NCBI RefSeq assembly: GCF_009914755.1
Contig: NC_060948.1
DNA length: 64,000 nt
Source: the human T2T-CHM13v2.0 reference genome, Homo sapiens
Strand: one strand, 5' to 3'
Every line of letters starts with the position of its first letter. The first letter of the stretch is position 1. The notes beneath the pieces were generated by a model. The model saw only the letters and a program-made list of their open reading frames with translations, was not told where the DNA came from and made no database searches. Made by a program: the position numbers and the translations under genes. Positions 21,279-40,615 of this stretch are shown piece after piece.

Positions 21279-23378
21279 AGATCCATATTTTTTAAATGAA
21301 AAAAAATTTCAAAGGTACTCTGCTTGGTACAATAATCAAATGTATAAACTGAGGAATAAAACATAACCATGAAACCTACTTATAACTGCATATGGAAAAT
21401 ACAGAGGATAATTTTTTAAATAACATATTTTGAAAGCCTTAACTAGTAATTTGAAGAGTTGGCATTTGAAAGGCCAGTATGAATATACCTTCAAAGCAGC
21501 AACACAGGTTCCCCATGAGAAAAAGCAAACACAGGGAAAATAAAAACACAAAGGTTCAATCTCTTCTGACCTTTGAAAGACACAGCACAGACAGTGGTCC
21601 TTAGGACGAAGAGCAGGAGACCCCTAATTCCGTCACCATGGCGATAGGGCATAAACATTGCTGGGTGAGGGCACAATCCACATTGTGAGGTCCAACTGCT
21701 GCCAGGAAGACAGGAGTGCTTTTACATAGACCGAAAGGTCATTGAAGGCTCAGAGTTTTGTTTCAAGAACTGAATCCCAAGCCCACACGTTATTAGGCTG
21801 CGCTTCTTAAAACAAGTTATGAGATGGGAAAAAGGGCACCCACAAACATACGTATACATTATGTATATAATAATATACAGTATCATATATATAATATATA
21901 TAACCTATGTATAATATTGTTTTACATCCTGCATCTTATGTTATATATATTGTATAAAATATAATAATTGATAATATATAAGTTTTATAATTATACAATA
22001 TGACATAGAGTATATATTATAATTTATGACATATATAATATATGTTATATATCATATATAGAATATATTATACGGTTAATATACGTATTAAATATAAATT
22101 ATACATTATATATATTATATATAATATATCTGTTATATATAATACCCATTATGCATAATATATATATTATGTCTATGTTATATATAGTATAAAACAACAT
22201 ATAATAATATATAATTGTATATATAAAATGCGACATATAATATATATTATATTTTATAACATATGTAATATATATTATGTATAATACGTTGTATGTATAA
22301 TACCTATATTAAATATATATTATATGACTATGTTATTAATTACATGTCACATGTGTTATATATTATATATTTTACATAGAATATACCGGTTACATACAAT
22401 ATATACTATGTTACCTATAATGTATAATTTATTACATGTAAAATAAAGAATGCAATATATTATGTATAATTTATAATATACAATATGTGGAATGTGATAT
22501 ATGTAACATATAATATATGATATATGATATACAGTATATGATATATAACATACAATATATGATTCCTAATATATATGGTATACAATATATATTTTATGAT
22601 ATGTATTCTATATGTTTTATATTCTGTTATATATAACTATTTTAAATTATATATAACTGTATAATATTTTATGTAAATATGTAATATAATATATATAACT
22701 ATATAATATATTATATATAACTATATATTATGTTATATATACTTTTATAACATAATTTACATAAAATATCATAATATAATATATATTATAATATTTCATA
22801 TTACATAATATATATTACATATCACCCAATATAACTAACATACATAATATTATAATATAGATTATATTATGTTATATTAAATATCATATATATCATGTAT
22901 CATATATTCTATAATATATATTACACATTATATAATATGTATGTTGTCTATTATGTGATATATATAACTATATATATAATTATATTTTTATACATATAAC
23001 TGGATAAACATGTAATTCTACATATTTTCATTTATAATATGTAGAATTATATAATCATATATAATTATTTATATTCTATAAAAAATTTTATCATTATATA
23101 AATTATAATATATAAAAATTATAATATGTACTACAAATATATATATATTATATATCATATATGATATAGTACCTTTGTTATATATCATAATACATATAAA
23201 TGTGTATTATGTTATCTATAATTATATAATTTCATATATAAGATGTATAATATGTATCATATATTATATATGTTATGTAATATATATAGTATATATAAGA
23301 TGACACAGGATAAATATTATATACTATGACATATAAAATATATGAGGTTATATGTTACATATAAGGCATAGCACATAA

Positions 23379-23693
<315 letters not shown>

Positions 23694-25793
23694 AGATCCA
23701 TATTTTTTAAATGAAAAAAAATTTCAAAGGTACTCTGCTTGGTACAATAATCAAATGTATAAACTGAGGAATAAAACATAACCATGAAACCTACTTATAA
23801 CTGCATATGGAAAATACAGAGGATAATTTTTTAAATAACATATTTTGAAAGCCTTAACTAGTAATTTGAAGAGTTGGCATTTGAAAGGCCAGTATGAATA
23901 TACCTTCAAAGCAGCAACACAGGTTCCCCATGAGAAAAAGCAAACACAGGGAAAATAAAAACACAAAGGTTCAATCTCTTCTGACCTTTGAAAGACACAG
24001 CACAGACAGTGGTCCTTAGGACGAAGAGCAGGAGACCCCTAATTCCGTCACCATGGCGATAGGGCATAAACATTGCTGGGTGAGGGCACAATCCACATTG
24101 TGAGGTCCAACTGCTGCCAGGAAGACAGGAGTGCTTTTACATAGACCGAAAGGTCATTGAAGGCTCAGAGTTTTGTTTCAAGAACTGAATCCCAAGCCCA
24201 CACGTTATTAGGCTGCGCTTCTTAAAACAAGTTATGAGATGGGAAAAAGGGCACCCACAAACATACGTATACATTATGTATATAATAATATACAGTATCA
24301 TATATATAATATATATAACCTATGTATAATATTGTTTTACATCCTGCATCTTATGTTATATATATTGTATAAAATATAATAATTGATAATATATAAGTTT
24401 TATAATTATACAATATGACATAGAGTATATATTATAATTTATGACATATATAATATATGTTATATATCATATATAGAATATATTATACGGTTAATATACG
24501 TATTAAATATAAATTATACATTATATATATTATATATAATATATCTGTTATATATAATACCCATTATGCATAATATATATATTATGTCTATGTTATATAT
24601 AGTATAAAACAACATATAATAATATATAATTGTATATATAAAATGCGACATATAATATATATTATATTTTATAACATATGTAATATATATTATGTATAAT
24701 ACGTTGTATGTATAATACCTATATTAAATATATATTATATGACTATGTTATTAATTACATGTCACATGTGTTATATATTATATATTTTACATAGAATATA
24801 CCGGTTACATACAATATATACTATGTTACCTATAATGTATAATTTATTACATGTAAAATAAAGAATGCAATATATTATGTATAATTTATAATATACAATA
24901 TGTGGAATGTGATATATGTAACATATAATATATGATATATGATATACAGTATATGATATATAACATACAATATATGATTCCTAATATATATGGTATACAA
25001 TATATATTTTATGATATGTATTCTATATGTTTTATATTCTGTTATATATAACTATTTGAAATTATATATAACTGTATAATATTTTATGTAAATATGTAAT
25101 ATAATATATATAACTATATAATATATTATATATAACTATATATTATGTTATATATACTTTTATAACATAATTTACATAAAATATCATAATATAATATATA
25201 TTATAATATTTCATATTACATAATATATATTACATATCACCCAATATAACTAACATACATAATATTATAATATAGATTATATTATGTTATATTAAATATC
25301 ATATATATCATGTATCATATATTCTATAATATATATTACACATTATATAATATGTATGTTGTCTATTATGTGATATATATAACTATATATATAATTATAT
25401 TTTTATACATATAACTGGATAAACATGTAATTCTACATATTTTCATTTATAATATGTAGAATTATATAATCATATATAATTATTTATATTCTATAAAAAA
25501 TTTTATCATTATATAAATTATAATATATAAAAATTATAATATGTACTACAAATATATATATATTATATATCATATATGATATAGTACCTTTGTTATATAT
25601 CATAATACATATAAATGTGTATTATGTTATCTATAATTATATAATTTCATATATAAGATGTATAATATGTATCATATATTATATATGTTATGTAATATAT
25701 ATAGTATATATAAGATGACACAGGATAAATATTATATACTATGACATATAAAATATATGAGGTTATATGTTACATATAAGGCATAGCACATAA

Positions 25794-26108
<315 letters not shown>

Positions 26109-28215
26109 AGATCCATATTTTTTAAATGAAAAAAAATTTCAAAGGTACTCTGCTTGGTACAATAATCAAATGTATAAACTGAGGAATAAAACATAACCAT
26201 GAAACCTACTTATAACTGCATATGGAAAATACAGAGGATAATTTTTTAAATAACATATTTTGAAAGCCTTAACTAGTAATTTGAAGAGTTGGCATTTGAA
26301 AGGCCAGTATGAATATACCTTCAAAGCAGCAACACAGGTTCCCCATGAGAAAAAGCAAACACAGGGAAAATAAAAACACAAAGGTTCAATCTCTTCTGAC
26401 CTTTGAAAGACACAGCACAGACAGTGGTCCTTAGGACGAAGAGCAGGAGACCCCTAATTCCGTCACCATGGCGATAGGGCATAAACATTGCTGGGTGAGG
26501 GCACAATCCACATTGTGAGGTCCAACTGCTGCCAGGAAGACAGGAGTGCTTTTACATAGACCGAAAGGTCATTGAAGGCTCAGAGTTTTGTTTCAAGAAC
26601 TGAATCCCAAGCCCACACGTTATTAGGCTGCGCTTCTTAAAACAAGTTATGAGATGGGAAAAAGGGCACCCACAAACATACGTATACATTATGTATATAA
26701 TAATATACAGTATCATATATATAATATATATAACCTATGTATAATATTGTTTTACATCCTGCATCTTATGTTATATATATTGTATAAAATATAATAATTG
26801 ATAATATATAAGTTTTATAATTATACAATATGACATAGAGTATATATTATAATTTATGACATATATAATATATGTTATATATCATATATAGAATATATTA
26901 TACGGTTAATATACGTATTAAATATAAATTATACATTATATATATTATATATAATATATCTGTTATATATAATACCCATTATGCATAATATATATATTAT
27001 GTCTATGTTATATATAGTATAAAACAACATATAATAATATATAATTGTATATATAAAATGTGACATATAATATATATTATATTTTATAACATATGTAATA
27101 TATATTATATATTATATATAATACGTTGTATGTATAATACCTATATTAAATATATATTATATGACTATGTTATTAATTACATGTCACATGTGTTATATAT
27201 TATATATTTTACATAGAATATACCGGTTACATACAATATATACTATGTTACCTATAATGTATAATTTATTACATGTAAAATAAAGAATGCAATATATTAT
27301 GTATAATTTATAATATACAATATGTGGAATGTGATATATGTAACATATAATATATGATATATGATATACAGTATATGATATATAACATACAATATATGAT
27401 TCCTAATATATATGGTATACAATATATATTTTATGATATGTATTCTATATGTTTTATGTTCTGTTATATATAACTATTTGAAATTATATATAACTGTATA
27501 ATATTTTATGTAAATATGTAATATAATATATATAACTATATAATATATTATATATAACTATATATTATGTTATATATACTTTTATAACATAATTTACATA
27601 AAATATCATAATATAATATATATTATAATATTTCATATTACATAATATATATTACATATCACCCAATATAACTAACATACATAATATTATAATATAGATT
27701 ATATTATGTTATATTAAATATCATATATATCATGTATCATATATTCTATAATATATATTACACATTATATAATATGTATGTTGTCTATTATGTGATATAT
27801 ATAACTATATATATAATTATATTTTTATACATATAACTAGATAAACATGTAATTCTACATATTTTCATTTATAATATGTAGAATTATATAATCATATATA
27901 ATTATTTATATTCTATAAAAAATTTTATCATTATATAAATTATAATATATAAAAATTATAATATGTACTACAAATATATATATATTATATATCATATATG
28001 ATATAGTACCTTTGTTATATATCATAATACATATAAATGTGTATTATGTTATCTATAATTATATAATTTCATATATAAGATGTATAATATGTATCATATA
28101 TTATATATGTTATGTAATATATATAGTATATATAAGATGACACAGGATAAATATTATATACTATGACATATAAAATATATGAGGTTATTTGTTATATATA
28201 AGGCATAGCACATAA

Positions 28216-28530
<315 letters not shown>

Positions 28531-30658
28531 AGATCCATATTTTTTAAATGAAAAAAAATTTCAAAGGTACTCTGCTTGGTACAATAATCAAATGTATAAA
28601 CTGAGGAATAAAACATAACCATGAAACCTACTTATAACTGCATATGGAAAATACAGAGGATAATTTTTTAAATAACATATTTTGAAAGCCTTAACTAGTA
28701 ATTTGAAGAGTTGGCATTTGAAAGGCCAGTATGAATATACCTTCAAAGCAGCAACACAGGTTCCCCATGAGAAAAAGCAAACACAGGGAAAATAAAAACA
28801 CAAAGGTTCAATCTCTTCTGACCTTTGAAAGACACAGCACAGACAGTGGTCCTTAGGACGAAGAGCAGGAGACCCCTAATTCCGTCACCATGGCGATAGG
28901 GCATAAACATTGCAGGGTGAGGGCACAATCCACATTGTGAGGTCCAACTGCTGCCAGGAAGACAGGAGTGCTTTTACATAGACCGAAAGGTCATTGAAGG
29001 CTCAGAGTTTTCTTTCAAGAACTGAATCCCAAGCCCACACGTTATTAGGCTGCGCTTCTTAAAACAAGTTATGAGATGGGAAAAAGGGCACCCACAAACA
29101 TACGTATACATTATGTATATAATAATATACAGTATCATATATATAATATATATAACCTATGTATAATATTGTTTTACATCCTGCATCTTATGTTATATAT
29201 ATTGTATAAAATATAATAATTGATAATATATAAGTTTTATAATTATACAATATGACATATAGTATATATTATAATTTATGGCATATATAATATATGTTAT
29301 ATATCATATATAGAATATATTATACGGTTAATATACGTATTAAATATAAATTATACATTATATATATTATATATAATATATCTGTTATATATAATACCCA
29401 TTATGCATAATATATATATTATGTCTATGTTATATATAGTATAAAACAACATATAATAATATATAATTGTATATATAAAATGCGACATATAATATATATT
29501 ATATTTTACAACATATGTAATATATATTATATATTATATATAATACGTTGTATGTATAATACCTATATTAAATATATATTATATGACTATGTTATTAATT
29601 ACATGTCACATGTGTTATAAATTATATATTTTACATAGAATATACCGGTTACATACAATATATACTATGTTACCTATAATGTATAATTTATTACATGTAA
29701 AATAAAGAATGCAATATATTATGTATAATTTATAATATACAATATGTGGAATGTGATATATATAACATATAATATATGATATATGATATACAGTATATGA
29801 TATATAACATACAATATATGATTCCTAATATATATGGTATACAATATATATTTTATGATATGTATTCTATATGTTTTATATTCTGTTATATATAACTATT
29901 TGAAATTATATATAACTGTATAATATTTTATGTAAATATGTAATATAATATATATAACTATATAATATGTTATATATAACTATATATTATGTTATATATA
30001 CTTTTATAACATAATTTACATAAAATATCATAATATAATATATATTATATTATTTCATATTACATAATATATATTACATATCACCCAATATAACTAACAT
30101 ACATAATATTATAATATAGATTATATTATGTTATATTAAATATCATATATATCATGTATCATATATTCTATAATATATATTACACATTATATAATATGTA
30201 TGTTGTCTATTATGTGATATATATAACTATATATATAATTATATTTTTATACATATAACTAGATAAACATGTAATTCTACATATTTTCATTTATAATATG
30301 TAGAATTATATAATCATATATAATTATTTATATTCTATAAAAAATTTTATCATTATATAAATTATAATATATAAAAATTATAATATGTACTACACATATA
30401 TATATTATATATCATATATGATATAGTACCTTTGTTATATATCATAATACATATAAATGTGTATTATGTTATCTATAATTATATAATTTCATATATAAGA
30501 TGTATAATATGTATCATATATTATATATGTTATGTAATATATATAGTATATATAAGATGACACAGGATAAATATTATATACTATGACATATAAAATATAT
30601 GAGGTTATATGTTACATATAAGGCATAGCACATAACATGTAATATATATCATATATAA

Positions 30659-30950
30659 TTTTTTTTTAGACAGAATCTTGTCCTGTTGCACAGGGTGGGG
30701 TACAATGGCGCCATCTTTGCTCACTGCAACTTCTGCCTCACGGGTCCAAGCGATGGTCCTCCCTCAGCCTCCCAGGTAGCTGGGACTACACCACACTGGG
30801 ACTACACCAGCTGCCACCATGCCTAGCTAATTTTTTGGATTTTTAGTAGTGACAGCGTTTCACTGTATTGGCCAGGATGGTCTTGATCTCTTCACCTTGT
30901 GATCCCCTTGCCTTGGCCTCCAAATTTGCTGGGATTACAGGCCTGAGCCA
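30659..30950 (-). mobile_element. Alu in DYZ2 unit 13
   Basis: Copy of the unit 1 Alu; CGATGG variant at 30755. Confidence 0.95.
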
Positions 30951-33050
30951 AGATCCATATTTTTTAAATGAAAAAAAATTTCAAAGGTACTCTGCTTGGT
31001 ACAATAATCAAATGTATAAACTGAGGAATAAAACATAACCATGAAACCTACTTATAACTGCATATGGAAAATACAGAGGATAATTTTTTAAATAACATAT
31101 TTTGAAAGCCTTAACTAGTAATTTGAAGAGTTGGCATTTGAAAGGCCAGTATGAATATACCTTCAAAGCAGCAACACAGGTTCCCCATGAGAAAAAGCAA
31201 ACACAGGGAAAATAAAAACACAAAGGTTCAATCTCTTCTGACCTTTGAAAGACACAGCACAGACAGTGGTCCTTAGGACGAAGAGCAGGAGACCCCTAAT
31301 TCCGTCACCATGGCGATAGGGCATAAACATTGCAGGGTGAGGGCACAATCCACATTGTGAGGTCCAACTGCTGCCAGGAAGACAGGAGTGCTTTTACATA
31401 GACCGAAAGGTCATTGAAGGCTCAGAGTTTTGTTTCAAGAACTGAATCCCAAGCCCACACGTTATTAGGCTGCGCTTCTTAAAACAAGTTATGAGATGGG
31501 AAAAAGGGCACCCACAAACATACGTATACATTATGTATATAATAATATACAGTATCATATATATAATATATATAACCTATGTATAATATTGTTTTACATC
31601 CTGCATCTTATGTTATATATATTGTATAAAATATAATAATTGATAATATATAAGTTTTATAATTATACAATATGACATAGAGTATATATTATAATTTATG
31701 ACATATATAATATATGTTATATATCATATATAGAATATATTATACGGTTAATATACGTATTAAATATAAATTATACTTTATATATATTATATATAATATA
31801 TCTGTTATATATAATACCCATTATGCATAATATATATATTATGTCTATGTTATATATAGTATAAAACAACATATAATAATATATAATTGTATATATAAAA
31901 TGCGACATATAATATATATTATATTTTATAACATATGTAATATATATTATATATAATACGTTGTATGTATAATACCTATATTAAATATATATTATATGAC
32001 TATGTTATTAATTACATGTCACATGTGTTATATATTATATATTTTACATAGAATATACCGGTTACATACAATATATACTATGTTACCTATAATGTATAAT
32101 TTATTACATGTAAAATAAAGAATGCAATATATTATGTATAATTTATAATATACAATATGTGGAATGTGATATATGTAACATATAATATATGATATATGAT
32201 ATACAGTATATGATATATAACATACAATATATGATTCCTAATATATATGGTATACAATATATATTTTATGATATGTATTCTATATGTTTTATATTCTGTT
32301 ATATATAACTATTTGAAATTATATATAACTGTATAATATTTTATGTAAATATGTAATATAATATATATAACTATATAATATATTATATATAACTATATAT
32401 TATGTTATATATACTTTTATAACATAATTTACATAAAATATCATAATATAATATATACTATAATATTTCATATTACATAATATATATTACATATCACCCA
32501 ATATAACTAACATACATAATATTATAATATAGATTATATTATGTTATATTAAATATCATATATATCATGTATCATATATTCTATAATATATATTACACAT
32601 TATATAATATGTATGTTGTCTATTATGTGATATATATAACTATATATATAATTATATTTTTATACATATAACTGGATAAACATGTAATTCTACATATTTT
32701 CATTTATAATATGTAGAATTATATAATCATATATAATTATTTATATTCTATAAAAAATTTTATCATTATATAAATTATAATATATAAAAATTATAATATG
32801 TACTACAAATATATATATATTATATATCATATATGATATAGTACCTTTGTTATATATCATAATACATATAAATGTGTATTATGTTATCTATAATTATATA
32901 ATTTCATATATAAGATGTATAATATGTATCATATATTATATATGTTATGTAATATATATAGTATATATAAGATGACACAGGATAAATATTATATACTATG
33001 ACATATAAAATATATGAGGTTATTTGTTACATATAAGGCATAGCACATAA

Positions 33051-33365
<315 letters not shown>

Positions 33366-35470
33366 AGATCCATATTTTTTAAATGAAAAAAAATTTCAAA
33401 GGTACTCTGCTTGGTACAATAATCAAATGTATAAACTGAGGAATAAAACATAACCATGAAACCTACTTATAACTGCATATGGAAAATACAGAGGATAATT
33501 TTTTAAATAACATATTTTGAAAGCCTTAACTAGTAATTTGAAGAGTTGGCATTTGAAAGGCCAGTATGAATATACCTTCAAAGCAGCAACACAGGTTCCC
33601 CATGAGAAAAAGCAAACACAGGGAAAATAAAAACACAAAGGTTCAATCTCTTCTGACCTTTGAAAGACACAGCACAGACAGTGGTCCTTAGGACGAAGAG
33701 CAGGAGACCCCTAATTCCGTCACCATGGCGATAGGGCATAAACATTGCTGGGTGAGGGCACAATCCACATTGTGAGGTCCAACTGCTGCCAGGAAGACAG
33801 GAGTGCTTTTACATAGACCGAAAGGTCATTGAAGGCTCAGAGTTTTCTTTCAAGAACTGAATCCCAAGCCCACACGTTATTAGGCTGCGCTTCTTAAAAC
33901 AAGTTATGAGATGGGAAAAAGGGCACCCACAAACATACGTATACATTATGTATATAATAATATACAGTATCATATATATAATATATATAACCTATGTATA
34001 ATATTGTTTTACATCCTGCATCTTATGTTATATATATTGTATAAAATATAATAATTGATAATATATAAGTTTTATAATTATACAATATGACATATAGTAT
34101 ATATTATAATTTATGGCATATATAATATATGTTATATATCATATATAGAATATATTATACGGTTAATATACGTATTAAATATAAATTATACATTATATAT
34201 ATTATATATAATATATCTGTTATATATAATACCCATTATGCATAATATATATATTATGTCTATGTTATATATAGTATAAAACAACATATAATAATATATA
34301 ATTGTATATATAAAATGCGACATATAATATATATTATATTTTACAACATATGTAATATATATTATATATTATATATAATACGTTGTATGTATAATACCTA
34401 TATTAAATATATATTATATGACTATGTTATTAATTACATGTCACATGTGTTATAAATTATATATTTTACATAGAATATACCGGTTACATACAATATATAC
34501 TATGTTACCTATAATGTATAATTTATTACATGTAAAATAAAGAATGCAATATATTATGTATAATTTATAATATACAATATGTGGAATGTGATATATATAA
34601 CATATAATATATGATATATGATATACAGTATATGCTATATAACATACAATATATGATTCCTAATATATATGGTATACAATATATATTTTATGATATGTAT
34701 TCTATATGTTTTATATTCTGTTATATATAACTATTTGAAATTATATATAACTGTATAATATTTTATGTAAATATGTAATATAATATATATAACTATATAA
34801 TATGTTATATATAACTATATATTATGTTATATATACTTTTATAACATAATTTACATAAAATATCATAATATAATATATATTATATTATTTCATATTACCT
34901 TATATATATTACATATCACCCAATATAACTAACATACATAATATTATAATATAGATTATATTGTGTTATAGTAAATATCATATATATCATGTATCATATA
35001 TTCTATAATATATATTACACATTATATAATATGTATGTTGTCTATTATGTGATATATATAACTATATATATAATTATATTTTTATACATATAACTAGATA
35101 AACATGTAATTCTACATATTTTCATTTATAATATGTAGAATTATATAATCATATATAATTATTTATATTCTATAAAAAATTTTATCATTATATAAATTAT
35201 AATATATAAAAATTATAATATGTACTACACATATATATATTATATATCATATATGATATAGTACCTTTGTTATATATCATAATACATATAAATGTGTATT
35301 ATGTTATCTATAATTATATAATTTCATATATAAGATGTATAATATGTATCATATATTATATATGTTATGTAATATATATAGTATATATAAGATGACACAG
35401 GATAAATATTATATACTATGACATATAAAATATATGAGGTTATATGTTACATATAAGGCATAGCACATAA

Positions 35471-35785
<315 letters not shown>

Positions 35786-37885
35786 AGATCCATATTTTTT
35801 AAATGAAAAAAAATTTCAAAGGTACTCTGCTTGGTACAATAATCAAATGTATAAACTGAGGAATAAAACATAACCATGAAACCTACTTATAACTGCATAT
35901 GGAAAATACAGAGGATAATTTTTTAAATAACATATTTTGAAAGCCTTAACTAGTAATTTGAAGAGTTGGCATTTGAAAGGCCAGTATGAATATACCTTCA
36001 AAGCAGCAACACAGGTTCCCCATGAGAAAAAGCAAACACAGGGAAAATAAAAACACAAAGGTTCAATCTCTTCTGACCTTTGAAAGACACAGCACAGACA
36101 GTGGTCCTTAGGACGAAGAGCAGGAGACCCCTAATTCCGTCACCATGGCGATAGGGCATAAACATTGCTGGGTGAGGGCACAATCCACATTGTGAGGTCC
36201 AACTGCTGCCAGGAAGACAGGAGTGCTTTTACATAGACCGAAAGGTCATTGAAGGCTCAGAGTTTTGTTTCAAGAACTGAATCCCAAGCCCACACGTTAT
36301 TAGGCTGCGCTTCTTAAAACAAGTTATGAGATGGGAAAAAGGGCACCCACAAACATACGTATACATTATGTATATAATAATATACAGTATCATATATATA
36401 ATATATATAACCTATGTATAATATTGTTTTACATCCTGCATCTTATGTTATATATATTGTATAAAATATAATAATTGATAATATATAAGTTTTATAATTA
36501 TACAATATGACATAGAGTATATATTATAATTTATGACATATATAATATATGTTATATATCATATATAGAATATATTATACGGTTAATATACGTATTAAAT
36601 ATAAATTATACATTATATATATTATATATAATATATCTGTTATATATAATACCCATTATGCATAATATATATATTATGTCTATGTTATATATAGTATAAA
36701 ACAACATATAATAATATATAATTGTATATATAAAATGCGACATATAATATATATTATATTTTATAACATATGTAATATATATTATATATAATACGTTGTA
36801 TGTATAATACCTATATTAAATATATATTATATGACTATGTTATTAATTACATGTCACATGTGTTATATATTATATATTTTACATAGAATATACCGGTTAC
36901 ATACAATATATACTATGTTACCTATAATGTATAATTTATTACATGTAAAATAAAGAATGCAATATATTATGTATAATTTATAATATACAATATGTGGAAT
37001 GTGATATATGTAACATATAATATATGATATATGATATACAGTATATGATATATAACATACAATATATGATTCCTAATATATATGGTATACAATATATATT
37101 TTATGATATGTATTCTATATGTTTTATATTCTGTTATATATAACTATTTGAAATTATATATAACTGTATAATATTTTATGTAAATATGTAATATAATATA
37201 TATAACTATATAATATATTATATATAACTATATATTATGTTATATATACTTTTATAACATAATTTACATAAAATATCATAATATAATATATATTAAATTA
37301 TTTCATATTACATAATATATATTACATATCACCCAATATAACTAACATACATAATATTATAATATAGATTATATTATGTTATATTAAATATCATATATAT
37401 CATGTATCATATATTCTATAATATATATTACACATTATATAATATGTATGTTGTCTATTATGTGATATATATAACTATATATATAATTATATTTTTATAC
37501 ATATAACTGGATAAACATGTAATTCTACATATTTTCATTTATAATATGTAGAATTATATAATCATATATAATTATTTATATTCTATAAAAAATTTTATCA
37601 TTATATAAATTATAATATATAAAAATTATAATATGTACTACAAATATATATATATTATATATCATATATGATATAGTACCTTTGTTATATATCATAATAC
37701 ATATAAATGTGTATTATGTTATCTATAATTATATAATTTCATATATAAGATGTATAATATGTATCATATATTATATATGTTATGTAATATATATAGTATA
37801 TATAAGATGACACAGGATAAATATTATATACTATGACATATAAAATATATGAGGTTATATGTTACATATAAGGCATAGCACATAA

Positions 37886-38200
<315 letters not shown>

Positions 38201-40300
38201 AGATCCATATTTTTTAAATGAAAAAAAATTTCAAAGGTACTCTGCTTGGTACAATAATCAAATGTATAAACTGAGGAATAAAACATAACCATGAAACCTA
38301 CTTATAACTGCATATGGAAAATACAGAGGATAATTTTTTAAATAACATATTTTGAAAGCCTTAACTAGTAATTTGAAGAGTTGGCATTTGAAAGGCCAGT
38401 ATGAATATACCTTCAAAGCAGCAACACAGGTTCCCCATGAGAAAAAGCAAACACAGGGAAAATAAAAACACAAAGGTTCAATCTCTTCTGACCTTTGAAA
38501 GACACAGCACAGACAGTGGTCCTTAGGACGAAGAGCAGGAGACCCCTAATTCCGTCACCATGGCGATAGGGCATAAACATTGCTGGGTGAGGGCACAATC
38601 CACATTGTGAGGTCCAACTGCTGCCAGGAAGACAGGAGTGCTTTTACATAGACCGAAAGGTCATTGAAGGCTCAGAGTTTTGTTTCAAGAACTGAATCCC
38701 AAGCCCACACGTTATTAGGCTGCGCTTCTTAAAACAAGTTATGAGATGGGAAAAAGGGCACCCACAAACATACGTATACATTATGTATATAATAATATAC
38801 AGTATCATATATATAATATATATAACCTATGTATAATATTGTTTTACATCCTGCATCTTATGTTATATATATTGTATAAAATATAATAATTGATAATATA
38901 TAAGTTTTATAATTATACAATATGACATAGAGTATATATTATAATTTATGACATATATAATATATGTTATATATCATATATAGAATATATTATACGGTTA
39001 ATATAAGTATTAAATATAAATTATACATTATATATATTATATATAATATATCTGTTATATATAATACCCATTATGCATAATATATATATTATGTCTATGT
39101 TATATATAGTATAAAACAACATATAATAATATATAATTGTATATATAAAATGCGACATATAATATATATTATATTTTATAACATATGTAATATATATTAT
39201 ATATAATACGTTGTATGTATAATACCTATATTAAATATATATTATATGACTATGTTATTAATTACATGTCACATGTGTTATATATTATATATTTTACATA
39301 GAATATACCGGTTACATACAATATATACTATGTTACCTATAATGTATAATTTATTACATGTAAAATAAAGAATGCAATATATTATGTATAATTTATAATA
39401 TACAATATGTGGAATGTGATATATGTAACATATAATATATGATATATGATATACAGTATATGATATATAACATACAATATATGATTCCTAATATATATGG
39501 TATACAATATATATTTTATGATATGTATTCTATATGTTTTATATTCTGTTATATATAACTATTTGAAATTATATATAACTGTATAATATTTTATGTAAAT
39601 ATGTAATATAATATATATAACTATATAATATATTATATATAACTATATATTATGTTATATATACTTTTATAACATAATTTACATAAAATATCATAATATA
39701 ATATATATTATAATATTTCATATTAAATAATATATATTACATATCACCCAATATAACTAACATACATAATATTATAATATAGATTATATTATGTTATATT
39801 AAATATCATATATATCATGTATCATATATTCTATAATATATATTACACATTATATAATATGTATGTTGTCTATTATGTGATATATATAACTATATATATA
39901 ATTATATTTTTATACATATAACTGGATAAACATGTAATTCTACATATTTTCATTTATAATATGTAGAATTATATAATCATATATAATTATTTATATTCTA
40001 TAAAAAATTTTATCATTATATAAATTATAATATATAAAAATTATAATATGTACTACAAATATATATATATTATATATCATATATGATATAGTACCTTTGT
40101 TATATATCATAATACATATAAATGTGTATTATGTTATCTATAATTATATAATTTCATATATAAGATGTATAATATGTATCATATATTATATATGTTATGT
40201 AATATATATAGTATATATAAGATGACACAGGATAAATATTATATACTATGACATATAAAATATATGAGGTTATATGTTACATATAAGGCATAGCACATAA

Positions 40301-40615
<315 letters not shown>
